Shown: positions 13,797-25,659 of the stretch, piece after piece
Position numbering within the stretch: position 1 is the first letter of the stretch
Layout: each line of letters opens with the position of its first letter
Assembly (NCBI RefSeq): GCF_964194155.1
Contig: NC_135887.1
Span: 40,486,001-40,550,000 of the forward strand
Direction of reading: 5' to 3'
DNA length: 64,000 nt
Origin: Cetorhinus maximus
Taxonomy: Eukaryota
The notes under the pieces: model-generated
Told to the model about the DNA's origin: nothing
What the model saw: only the letters and a program-made list of their open reading frames with translations
Database searches by the model: none
Program-made: the position numbers and the translations under genes

Positions 13797-14745
13797 CAAA
13801 AATTCATTCACTGGATGTAGGTGTTGCTGGCTAGACCAGCATTTATTGTCCACCCCTAATTGCCCTTGAGAAGGTGGTGGTGAGCTGCCTGCTTGAACCG
13901 CTGCAGCCCATGTGCTGTAGTTACACCCAAAGTGCTGTTAGGGAGTTCCAGGATTTTGACCCAGCAACAGTGAAGGAACGGCGATATATTTCCAATTCAG
14001 GATGATGAGTGACTTGGAGTGGAATTTCCAGGTGGTGGTGTTCCCAGGTGTCTGCTCCCTTGTCCTTTTAGATAGTAGTGGTCATGGGTTTGGAAGGTGC
14101 TGTCTAAGGAGCCTTAGTGAGTTCCTGCAGTGCATCTTGTAGATGGTACAGTGCTGCTACTGTCTGTCGGTGGTGGAGGGAGTGAATGTGGTGCCAATCA
14201 AGTAGGTTGCTTTGCCCTGGACGGTGTCAAGCTTCTTGAGTGTTGTGGGAGCTGCACTCATCCAGGCAAGTGAGGAATATTCCATCACATCCCTGACTTG
14301 TGCCTTGTAGATGGTGGACAGGTTTTGGGGAGTCAGGTGGTAACTTGTCGCTGGATTCCTAGCCTCTGACCTGCTCTTGTAACCACAGTATTTATATGGC
14401 TAGTCCCGTTCAGTTTCTGGTCAATGGTAACCCCCAGGATGTTGATAGTGGGGAATTCAGTGATGTTAATGCCATTGAACGTCAAGGGGTGATGGTTAAA
14501 TTCTCTCTTGTTGGAGATGGTCATTGCCTGGCACTTGTGTGGCAAGAATGTTTCTTGCCAATCATTGGCCCAAGCCTGGAAATTGTCCAGGTTGTGCTGC
14601 ATTTGGACATGGACTGATACCTGAGTTGTGAACGGTGCTGAACATTGTGCAATTATCAGCGAACATCCCCACTCCTTACCTTATGATGGAAGGCCATTGA
14701 TGAAGCAGCTGAAGATAGTTGGGCCGAGGACACTACCCTGAGGAG
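13797..14745 (-). mobile_element. Family A LINE, 5'-truncated copy
   Basis: Closely matches 21200-22175 (HKCQAMTISNKR...NILGVTIDQKL) and has the same GAATGAAT tail. Confidence 0.9.
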
Positions 14746-15129
14746 TAAACCATTCAAGGTATCACAGGCTGATATTAAGTGCTGGCAAGACACAAAGATA
14801 GGAGAGTTGGGAGGGGGTGCATGCATAACTTTAGTCAGTTCCCTGAACTTTTTCTGGTACTGGTGCAGATTTGTGGTGACTCCCTCCCAATTACCACTTT
14901 TTTTGATATTTCCGCTCATGGATAAGCATGTTTCTCACCTTCACTGCACTTAATTAGTTTTAGATTTTTTTTCTACCATGAAAACCTTCAGACGGCTGTA
15001 AACGGAAGATAAAGGTGATAAATATACAAATCTGGGCAAAAACACTTTCAGCTAACTTCCTTAAAGACTATATTATTTTAAACAGTGAAATGTGTTATAT
15101 TTAAACACACACCTGCTCTAAACACTCTG

Positions 15130-15920
15130 GGTACAGTAGAATAGTGGTTGTTACTGGACAAGTAATCCAGAAGTCTGGGTTTGTAATCCAAAGATGTCAG
15201 TTCAAATCCCACCATGGTAATTTTCCAACAATACTCAAGAAGCTTGACAGCATCCAGGACAAAGAAACCCACTTGATTAGCACCCCCAAATGAATATAAA
15301 CAAATTTATGAATTTGCATCTAGTTTAAAAAAAAATCTGAATCAAATCAGTAATGATGATCATGAAGCTCTATGTCTTAAAAACCCAGCTGGGTTTCTAT
15401 TACCCTTTATGGGAGGAAATCTACTTTTCCATGCAACCCCAGACCCACAGCAAGGGCCTGCTAAGCCACTCCATTATATCAGACCTCTTATTGAGAAGTA
15501 TAATGAAACTGGATGGGCCATTCAACTAAAGGCCATTGCTGCAGATTTCCACAGGGCAGTGTCTTGGGCTCAACCATCTTCAGCTGTTTCAACAATGGCC
15601 TTCCCTTCATCATAAAGTCCGAAGTGGGTATGTTTGCTATATTCAGTTCCATTTGCAATTCCTCAGCCAGTGAAGCTTTTGTGCTCAGACATAAGACATG
15701 GAAAAAATTGTAGTGGACCAGTTAGGTAGGCTGTGGCTACAAGAGCAGGTCAGAGGTTGGGTGTTATGCAGCATGTGACTACCAAAGCCTTTCCATCACC
15801 TACAAGGCACAAGTCAAGGGTGTGATTTAATATTTGCCACATGCCTGTACAAGTACAGCTCCAACTACACTCAAGCACAACACCATCCGGGGCACAGCAG
15901 CTTGCTTTATAAGCATTCCA
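15130..15920 (+). mobile_element. Family A deletion derivative (tRNA-like head plus RT fragments)
   Basis: Head with GTTCAAATCCCACCATGG, followed in the same orientation by PQGSVLG..IFSCF and GCTACAAGAGCAGGTCAGAGG patches. Confidence 0.75.
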
Positions 15921-16201
15921 CCACTACCAGTTGAATGCATGAGTTAAAAAGAAACGATCACATGGATTCAATATATATTTTAATTAAATACATTTATAAG
16001 AAAAGGAAAAATTCGATCAGAACACACTCTGAAAAGAATATCAATTAAAGTGGTTAAGGATTAAAAATCGTAATTGCTATTTCATTCATTCATTGTGAGC
16101 TCCCACTGAAGATGACATGGTCACCTCATACAAGTTAAGTGAATACTTATTGGTACAAGTGTAGTTTAAGAAAACTTAACATGGTTATGTAGCTTAAGTA
16201 G

Positions 16202-16207
16202 TTTATT
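16202..16207 (-). promoter_or_regulatory. Candidate SBDS polyadenylation signal
   Basis: AATAAA on the minus strand ~30 nt after the SBDS stop codon; usage not demonstrable from sequence. Confidence 0.45.
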
Positions 16208-16236
16208 GATTTTGCAAGACCAGAGCTCTCATGAAC

Positions 16237-16365
16237 TTATTCAAATTTCTCATCTCCTTCCTCCACCTCCTTTAAGCTGAGAACTTCCAGGGAAGCCTTT
16301 CCCTTTGTTTCACGTCGGATTAGTTCATCAATTTCTCTGAAGCAGCCAGGATCAATCAAACACAC
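16237..16365 (-). CDS. SBDS: SBDS coding exon 5 (terminal)
   Basis: TTTAG acceptor; [42 protein letters not shown] then TAA; 129 nt; the five exons total 753 nt. Confidence 0.98.
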   Translation of the reverse strand: MCLIDPGCFREIDELIRRETKGKASLEVLSLKEVEEGDEKFE

Positions 16366-17404
16366 CTAAAGTAAAATCAAAAAATAGTGTAAATCACAGC
16401 TATAGAAATAATAAGTAACAGCAAAGCAAAAAAGCTATTTGGCCCATCACATCTGTGCTGACTTTTCAACTGGAAATTTATCAACATTAAAATTGTTGTT
16501 CTCAAAATCCTTTTCCAATACTAATTTATATATTTTAAATTATGTTCTGCCTCAGTAGCTCCTTGTGGTAAAGCATTCCATATTCTAATAACCTGCTATT
16601 TGAAGTAGTTTACCCTAACATCTACCTTTGTTCCTCTGGGATAATTTTCAGACCTTGAACCCTCTCCAACCTGACATTTTTATGGTCCATCACCCTTGTT
16701 CAATATCAATCTAACTGATGTACCTACACCTGATATGTACAGGCATTTAATTCTGTCTCCCCTTTCCCCTGCCCACCCAGCTGAGCCTTTGTCTACTTTT
16801 CTCCATCCCCAACTCATCATCTCTCAAGCATGAAGTGACCTACCATCATCCCTAAAATGGTTCCATCCCTTCTATGACTATTTTTGTTATTTTCTTATAA
16901 AAATCTCTAGTGCCTTTTGTGTGGACTATCTTGTCTTTCATACTTCCCTCAGCCTTCCTATTCTCGTTTCCCTTTGTATCTTTTACAACTATCATAGGTA
17001 TTATCACCCATATTATGCTTTTTTTGGAATCGTGATCTTGATAACACCTTCTCCAATCTCTTGCCACCGTCCCCCACAACCGCCCCATGAAAGAAAACTG
17101 ATGCCAATGGTTCATCTTCAGAGTTTTCATTTCTGCAGGTCTCACATCGACCAAGGTTATTTTGCGAAAATATATTGAACTAAGGTGCTGCAATTCCTTC
17201 CCTGCCATCCTCTATACAAGATGCTAACTCTTCCAGGCCCTTTGCAAGGGCTATGTGTGAGCCTATACTGTGAATGATGGCAGGCCACGGAGGAAGAAAC
17301 CACAAATAAGCTCAATGTTTTATCATTTAATATCCACACAGGTACATTTCCTCCTAACAAGAACCATAAATGAGCAATCAGGAGTGATTTTCTTCTTATG
17401 TACT

Positions 17405-17706
17405 CCCTCCCTCCTTCAGGTACCATGCCCTAAGAGGGCATTGGCAACCACAGACTCCCATTGATTATACTTGGCGAAGAACTGAAGTGGTTTGCTGTTG
17501 CCTTCTGCAGTATGGCTGACCAGGAATCTCTCCCACTCTTACTGCCTGCCAGCAGGTGTGTGGAAAGATTCACAGGTCGATAATCAACCTGTTTGGCCAC
17601 GTTATGAATGCACCTACCGCGGCCATCAAGCCCTGAAATGGGGCTTGAACCCAGAGCTTCTGGCCCAGAGGTAGGGATGCTACCAATGCGCCACTAGACC
17701 GCCCCT
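17405..17706 (-). mobile_element. tRNA-derived SINE with RTE-type tail
   Basis: A-box TGGCGCATTGG, B-box GGTTCAAGCCC; tail GGCAACAGCAAACCACTTCAGTTCTTCGCCAAG resembles RTE/Bov-A-type motifs. Confidence 0.65.
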
Positions 17707-17715
17707 TTTATATAC

Positions 17716-17855
17716 TATAAAAGCAAAATATTGCAGATGCTGGAAATCTGGAATGAAAACAGAAAGTGCTGAAAAACTCAGCAGGTCTGGCAGCATCTCT
17801 GGAGAGAAAAACAGAATTAATGTTTCAACTCCAATATGACTCTTCTTCGGAACAT
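17716..17855 (-). mobile_element. P1 terminal-repeat fragment
   Basis: Reverse complement of 31648-31785. Confidence 0.8.
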
Positions 17856-18318
17856 TAATTTTCTTCTTGCCAGCCCAGAGCAGCTGAGGACCCCAGTTGC
17901 TGCCCCAGCTGAGATCTGCTAATTGAGGGCATTAAACAGAGATCTTATGCTCTGTGCTGCTTCAACTGCAAATAATTTATTTTTTTCCTTTATTCACCTA
18001 CGCAGACTTTCACCTGTTGTCAGGTTCCCAAATATTATCATCAGGGCCACTGTTTTATAGTGATTGAATAAGTCAAACTTTGCTTTTATTCAATGGCATT
18101 AAGGGATTTTGACCAGCGCTTAGTTAATTGCTTTCTGCAACTCTATTTATATTTAGACCCATTGATCTATGATGGCTGAATAAATCAAATTCCACTTTGA
18201 TTAGGTGGGAATGGATATTTTTACCAATCTTGGTGCATAAAATTCTGTTTTTCTATAAAAACCACCAAAGAAAGTGATTATGATACATCAGTAAACCAAG
18301 AATATAAGTAAAACTTAC

Positions 18319-18483
18319 AATTTCTAACTCCTCAGAAAATTCTTCACTTTCCATCACTTTAATCAATGGCTTCAACTTTTCCTTAAGACGCTTTCCATCC
18401 CTTGCCGGGAGCCTGAGTCGGAGTCTCATGTGAGCACGTTCAATCTTCATACTCTCCTTTAGTAATCTTATTACTTCGAGTGC
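18319..18483 (-). CDS. SBDS: SBDS coding exon 4
   Basis: [55 protein letters not shown]; 165 nt; AAG acceptor, GTAAGT donor. Confidence 0.97.
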
Positions 18484-19554
18484 CTTTGTTTGTGGAGGAA
18501 TTAAAAATACATTATTTCTAACCTGCACATTGGACCATTTAATTGGGTAGAATTTATGACAATATCAATGCATTTGAGAGGATATCGTATACAAACCAAT
18601 TCAAAACAATTAAGTTTGTTTTGATTACAGTACAGTATTGATATTTGAGAATTGGTATGTAAATATGAAAAATAACCAGTGCTTGTTTTGAGTTTTGTCT
18701 ATTGGATCTCCTACCTCAATTTATGGATTGTTCTTTCAAAGTGCAAAAAGTGTCAAACCGGGCAGCTAATACACAGATAGCAAAGTCCTGCAAATAGCAA
18801 GTGCGTGAATGACCAGATAATCTGTTCCTTGTGGTGGTGGTTGAGGGATATATGTTGCCAAAAACCTGGGAGAAATATGACTTAAAATAGCAGCATCCAA
18901 TTTTTTATGTCCAACTGTGCAGGCCGATAGAGCCTTGGTTGAATATTTCATCAAGACCTCCAACAATGCTGTACTCCCTCAATTCTGCACTGAACTACAA
19001 ACCTACGTTATGTGCTTACATTGAAGAATGCAACTGACCACTACCATGCCAGGGCAAAGAGGAATGGGCAATAAATGCCAGCTTTGCCAGCTACATCCAA
19101 AGCCCAAGAATGATTAAGAGAAGTCTGCGAAAGGGCTTGAACTGAATAACTTTAAGAAGCAAGAGTGCAACCAAATGAATCAAGTGGATCTTTCCACAAT
19201 TTAATTAAAAATTGTGAGCAACTTACAAAAGTTCCTCAATTAAAGGATTCTCACATTTTACATGAAAACCTATCAAAAATCAATCAAAATGGTATGAAAT
19301 AGCAAAGCTTAAAAGATGCTGTAGCAAGATTAAACAAATGGTTTATAAAACATAAAATGAAACTAATCTAATCATGTAAAATAAAGCTCCCATTGCTAGA
19401 TATCGCACATTATATACAGCTGAAGTGGTAACCAGGCAACCACTTCAATACCTTTTGGAAATCTTATTCTCCTTAATGAGAATCATAACTATCAAAACAT
19501 ATTCTGTAAATACAAACATCATTTTTCCCTAGTCAACGTCCAATGTTAATCTAC

Positions 19555-19755
19555 CTGCTGTTTTGTACTCTTGTTGGCTTTCACAGAGTAGTGGATGTCC
19601 TTCATGGCTCGCTCAATCAGGTTTACTGTGTAAGGTCTCTTAGTTTCTGGGTTCACACACTTCTCTACTACTATAGTTGCTATGTCTCTAAACATCTGTT
19701 CGAGCTGTGCATGTCGCTCCTTATCAGATACTTGCAATTCACCCTTTGCCAGAAT
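19555..19755 (-). CDS. SBDS: SBDS coding exon 3
   Basis: TTTTACAG acceptor; [67 protein letters not shown]; 201 nt; donor GTAGAT. Confidence 0.98.
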
Positions 19756-21191
19756 CTGTAAAAGAAAACATTTAGATATATTTGAAGTTTAATTCTGATA
19801 TATAAAAAAAGGAACTTGTCCAATAAGCTGACACAATCCTGATTGTTAGGAAGAGAGGCATCAGTATTTATTTTTAAACTAGCTTTCTCACTATTACTGC
19901 TTATTACACTTTGACATTATTGGTTAGAGGCAGTTTGGGAACAGATGGAGTCTGGAATATCTTTGATTCTACATATATTCATGTTGTTACCACATACAAC
20001 CACACAATGTAACATCAATATTTGCTATTTCTGAAAGATTACAGGCAATGTGTAAATGTTTCCAGTGTGCCAAATTAAATTAAATTGGATCACTTCCATT
20101 CATTTCTCAAACAACATTCCAATCAAAAAATGTACAACTTTGTTCCTATAAGGAGGGGCAAAATAAAACAAATTATTCAAATGCACAAAACCAAGATTGT
20201 GTGAAATAATTATTACTATTTGCATAATAATTTGATAATGTAAATCATTTTGTCATCTATTTTTTAATCTTAAAAGGATATACTTTGGGACCGGCTTACA
20301 AAAATATTTAATGAAGCAATGTCTGAAAGATTAGCCATTCAGAAATGTACAGTATTCTGGTTGCAAGTTCCACCTGTGTCCAACTTTCCAAGAAACTAAA
20401 AATAATTATATTGGCGGGGCATGGACAAGTGAAATCTGTGTTTTCATAATTTAATTATTTCTTTGAGTAAGGAAAACAAATTTCCCAGGAAGCAATCAGA
20501 AGACACTACATTTAACATTTGCAGAGATCTCTTAGGAGCTCACAACATACGATGGACAAAGGGAAACTAACCCTCATATTTGAGAGATCCCAGGAATTCA
20601 GTGAGCTAAACTTCACATTTCAACACTGGGTGTTGCCAAACCCTCAATTTTCCCTGCAATGTTGCCAAACCTTAACACTTATAACCTTAGTGCTACATTC
20701 CTGTGCTAGCAAACTTCAGGACCATCTCAAAGCAACAAAACCTCAGGATTGCTACACACCCCTGCTGCACCCCTCACCCTGTCCCGGCAATACCACTAAA
20801 CACCAATAAATGATGCATGGTGCCTTGCTGTGTATCCTTAGATTTAAAAATGGATATGGATTAATTATAGAAGTAAAATAATTCTATATTTAACGGTTAT
20901 CACTTATTTTTAAGAATCTTCCTTTTCAAGAAACTATCCAGTTCCATTATAAAATTATTTACAGATTCAGGAGGTTTGTGACAGATAAATTGCAACTTCC
21001 ACAGTGCTATCAAGCTGTAAGAGGTCACGAGGTCCTTCCCAATGTCACCAAATTACAGGACTCAAAATCTTAGGATTTAAAAATGCCAAACAAAAAACAC
21101 TTACTTCTGAAGATAACATGCCCAATGATTGCAAATAAATAATGAGTGAAAGACACTAATCAAGAATTAGACACAATCTGAAATCCCAATT

Positions 21192-24100
21192 TTAAAAAAA
21201 ATTCATTCACGGGATGTGGGCATTGTTGACTGGGCCAGCATTTATTGCCCATCCCTAGTTGCCCTTGAGAAGGTGATTGTGAGCTGCCATCTTGTACTGC
21301 TGCAGTCCATGTGGTGTTGATACACCCACAGTGCTGTTAGGAAGGGAGTTCCAGGATTTTGACCCAGTGACATTGAAGGAACCGCGATATATTTCCAAGT
21401 CAAGATAGTGAGTGACTTGGAGGGGAACTTCTAGGTGGTGGTGTTCCCATCTATCTACTGCCCTTCTCCTACTAGAAGGTAGTGTTTGTGGGTTTGGAAG
21501 GTTCTGTCTAAGGAGCCTTGGTGAATTCCTGCAGTGCATCTTGTAGATGATGCACATTGCTGCTACTGTGCGTCGGTGGTGTAAAGAGTAAATGTTTGTG
21601 GATGTGGTGCCATTCAAGCGGGCTGCTTTGTTCTTGATGGTGTCAAGCTTCTTGAGTGTTGTGGGAGTTGCACTCATCCAAGCAAGTGGGGAGTATTCCA
21701 TCACACTCCTGACTTGTGCCTTGTAGATGGTGGACAGGCTTTGGGGAGGCAGGAGGTGAGTTACTCGTCACAGGATTCCTAGCCTCTGACCTGCTCTTGT
21801 AGCCACAGTATTTATATGGCTAGTCCAGCTCAGTTTCTGGTCAATGGTAACCCCCAGGATGTTGATAGTGGGGAATTCAGTGATGGTAATGGCATTGAAC
21901 ATCAAGGGATGATGGTTAGATTCTTTCTTGTTGGAAATGGTCATTGCCTGGCACTTGTGTGGCGCGAATGTTACTTGCCACTTGTCAGCCCAAGCCTCGA
22001 TATTGTCCAAGTCTTGCTGCATTTGTACATGGACTGCTTCAGTGTCTGAGGAGTCTTGAATGGTGCTGAACATTGTGCAATCATCAACGAACATCCCCAC
22101 TTCTGACCTTATGATGAAAGGCAGGACATTGTTGAAGCAGCTGAAGATGGTTGGGCCGAGGACACTATCCTGAGGAACTCCTGCAGTGATATCCTGGAGC
22201 CGAGCTGACTGACCTCCAACAACCAGAGCCAATCCTTTGTGCTAGATATGACTCCAACAATGAAAGTTTTCCCCCTGATTCCCATTGACTCCAGTTTTGC
22301 TAGGGTTCCTTGATGCCACACTTGGTCAAATGTGGCATTGATGTCAAGGGCAGTCACTCTCACCTCACTTCGGGAGTTCAACTCTTTTGTCCATGTTTGA
22401 ACCAAGGCTGTAATGAGGTCAGGAGCTGAATGGCCCTGCCGGAATCCGAACTGGGCATTAGTGAGCATTGCTAAGCAAGTGCCGCTTGATAGCACTGTTG
22501 ATGACCCCTTCCATTACTTTACTGATAATCAAGAGTAGGCTGTTGGGACGGTTTTTGGCGGGTTGGATTTGTCCTGCTTTTTGTGAACAGGACATACCTG
22601 GGCAATTTTCCACATAGCCCAGCAGATGTCAGTGTTGTAGCTGTACTGGAACAGCTTGGCTGGGGGCCCGGCAAGTACAGGAGCACAAGTCTTCAGTACT
22701 ATTGCCGGAATATTGTCAGGCCCTTAGCTTTTGCACTATCCAGTGCCTTCAGCCATTTCTTGATATCAAGTGGAGTGAATTGAATTGGCTGAAGACTGGC
22801 ATCTGTGATGCTGGGGACCTCTGGAGGAGGCCAAGATGGATCATCTACTCCGCACTTCTGGCTGAAGATTGTAGCAAACGCTTCAGCCTTATCTTTTGCA
22901 CTGATGTGCGGGACTCCTCCATCCTTAAGCATGGGGATATTTGTGGAGCCTCCTCCTCCAGTGAGTTACTTAATTGTCCACCATCATGCACAACTGGATG
23001 TGGCAGTACCGTAGAGCTTAGGTCTGATCTGTTGATTGTGGGATCGCTTAGCTCTGTCTATCACTTGCTGCTTACGTTGTTTGGTATGCAAATAGTCCTG
23101 TGTTATAGCTTCACCAGGTTGACACCTCAATTTTAGGTACGCCTGGTGCTGCTCCTGGCATGGACTCCTGCACTCTTCATTGAACCAGGGTTGATCCCCT
23201 GGCTTGATGGCAATGGTAGAGTGGGGTAACGCCAGGCCATGAGGTTACAGATTACGTTCCAGTACAATTCAGCTGCTGCTCATGGCCCACAGCACCTCAT
23301 GGATGCCCAGTCTTCAGTTGCTAGATCTGTTTGAAATCTATCCCATTTAGCATGGTGGTAGTGCCACACAACACGATGGAGGGTATCATCAATGTGAAGG
23401 CTGGACTTTGTCTCCATGACGACTCTGCGGTGGTCACTCCTACCGATACTGTCATAGACAGATGCATCTGCGGCAGGCAGGTTGGTGAGGATGAGGTCAA
23501 GTATGTTTTTCCCTTCTGTTGGCTCCCTCACCACCTGCCGCAGACCCAGTCTAGCAGCTATGTCATTTAGGACTCGGCCAGCTTGGTCAGTAGTGGTGCT
23601 ACCGAGCCACTCTTGGTGATGGACATTGAAGTCCCCCACCCAGAGTACATTCTGCACCTTTGCCACTCTCAATGCTTCCTCCAAGTGGTGTTCAACATGG
23701 AGGAGCACTGATTCATCAGCTGAAGGAGGATGGTATGTGGTAATCAGCAGGAGGTTTCCTTACCCATGTTTGACCAGATGCCATGAAACTTCATGGGGTC
23801 CGGAGTCGATGTTGAGGGCTCCCAGGGCAACTCCCTCCCGACTGTATAACACTGTGCTGTCACCTCTGCTGGGTCTGTCCTGCCTGTGGGATGGGGCATA
23901 CCCAGGGATGGTGATGGTGATGACTGGGACATTATCTATAAGATATGATTCAGTGAGGATGACTATGTCAGGCTGTTGCTTGACTAGTCTGTGAGACAGC
24001 TCTCCCAATTTTGACAGTAATCCCCAGATGTTAATAAGGAGGACTTTGCAGGGTCGACAGGGCTGAGTTTACCATTGTTGTTTCTGGTGCCTAGGTTGAT

Positions 24101-24438
24101 GCCAGGTGGTTCTTCCAGTTTCATTCCTTTGTTTGAGACTTTGCAGAGGTTTGATACAACTGAGTGGCTTGCTAGGCCATTTCAGAGGGCATTTAAGAGT
24201 CAACCACATTGCTGTAGGTCTAGAGTCACATGTAGGCCAGACCAGGTAATGACGGCAGATTTCCTTCCCCAAGGGACATTGGTGAACCAGATGGGTTTTT
24301 ACAACAATCGACAATGGTTTCATGGTCATCATTAGACTTTTAATTCCAGATTTTTATTAAATTCAAATTCCACCATCTGCCTTGGTGGGATTTGAACCCA
24401 GGTCCCCAGAGCATTACCCTGGGTCTGTGGATTACTAA
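21192..24438 (-). mobile_element. Near full-length single-ORF non-LTR retrotransposon (family A; CR1/L2-group-like APE+RT) with tRNA-like 5' head
   Basis: Frameshifted ORF with APE motifs (PDIVILTESYL, VGDFNVHH, LDLILTN, SDH) and RT motifs (QFGFR, ALDINATFDQVWH, GVPQDSVLGP, FVDD); 3' tail CCCACATCCCGTGAATGAAT+A; B-box GGTTCAAATCC at 24388-24398. Confidence 0.92.
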
Positions 24439-24459
24439 TATTGGACCACATACTATATT

Positions 24460-25392
24460 AATATCAAGCGGCACTTACACAGCAATAACCTGCTCACCGA
24501 TACTCGGGTGCAGTTCCGCCAGGGCCAATCAACTCCTGACCTCATTACAGCCTTGGTCCAAACATCAAGAAAAGAGCTGGATGTAAGCAGTGAGCTGAGA
24601 GTGACTGCCCTTGGCACAAAGCATTTGACCGAGTGTGGCATCAAGGAGCTCTAGGAAAATTGGGGAATGGGGGAAAACGCTCTACAGGTTCAAGTCATAC
24701 CTAGCACAAAGGAAGATGGTTGAGGCCAATCGTCTCAGCCCAGGAGCATCACTGTAGGAGTTCCAACACAGATGCCAGGTAATGACCATCTCCAAGAGAG
24801 AATCTAACCATCTCCCCATGCATTCAATGGAAATGCCATGGCTGAAACTCCACTGTCAATATCCTGGGCTGGGGCTTACCATTGACTGGAAACTTAACTT
24901 GGTAAGCCACATAAATATTGTGGCTAAAAGAGCAGGTCAGAGGCTGGGAATTCTGCAGCAAGTAACTCAGCTCTTAGCTCCCCAAAACCTGTATACCATC
25001 GACAAGGCACAGGTCTGAGTATGGTGGAATACTCTCCACTTACTTGCATGAGTGCAACTCCAACATCACTCAAGAAGCCCTGTCCACCACCTTAAATATT
25101 CATTCCCTCTGTTGCCAACACACAGTGGCAGCAGTGTGTACCATATTTAAGTTGCACTGCAACAACTTCCAAACCTGCTCCTTCTACAACCGAGAAGGAC
25201 AAGGGCAGCAGATGCATGGACCCACCACCACCTGCAAGTTCCCACCCACCATTCTGACTTGGAACTATATCACCGTTCTTTCACTGTCGCTGGGTCAAAA
25301 TCCTGAACTCCCTTCCTGATAGCACTGTGGGTGTACCTGCATTAACGGACTGCAGCAGTTCAAGAAGCTGGCTCACCACCACCTTCTTTAAG
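24460..25392 (+). mobile_element. Family A LINE, internally deleted older copy
   Basis: Collinear patches matching the RT and C-terminal region of 21192-24438 in the opposite orientation; a matching tail piece appears at ~28762-28807. Confidence 0.85.
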
Positions 25393-25659
25393 TGAGATTT
25401 AAAGGAATTCAGCTTTCCTCACATTGCAGCATTTGAGGTATGGATCTGAAACATTAACCTAGAAGCACCGAATCATTGAAGCACTAAAGGAGGCCATTCA
25501 GCCCATCGTGCCTGCACCAGCTTGTTTTAGAACCACTCTCCTGTTCTATCTGCGTGGATCTAAAAATCATTCCTTTGCAATTATTTATCTTATTTCTGTT
25601 TGAGTGTTATTGAATCTGTTTTCCCCACCTTTTCAGGCAGTGCATTCTGGATTGTAGCT

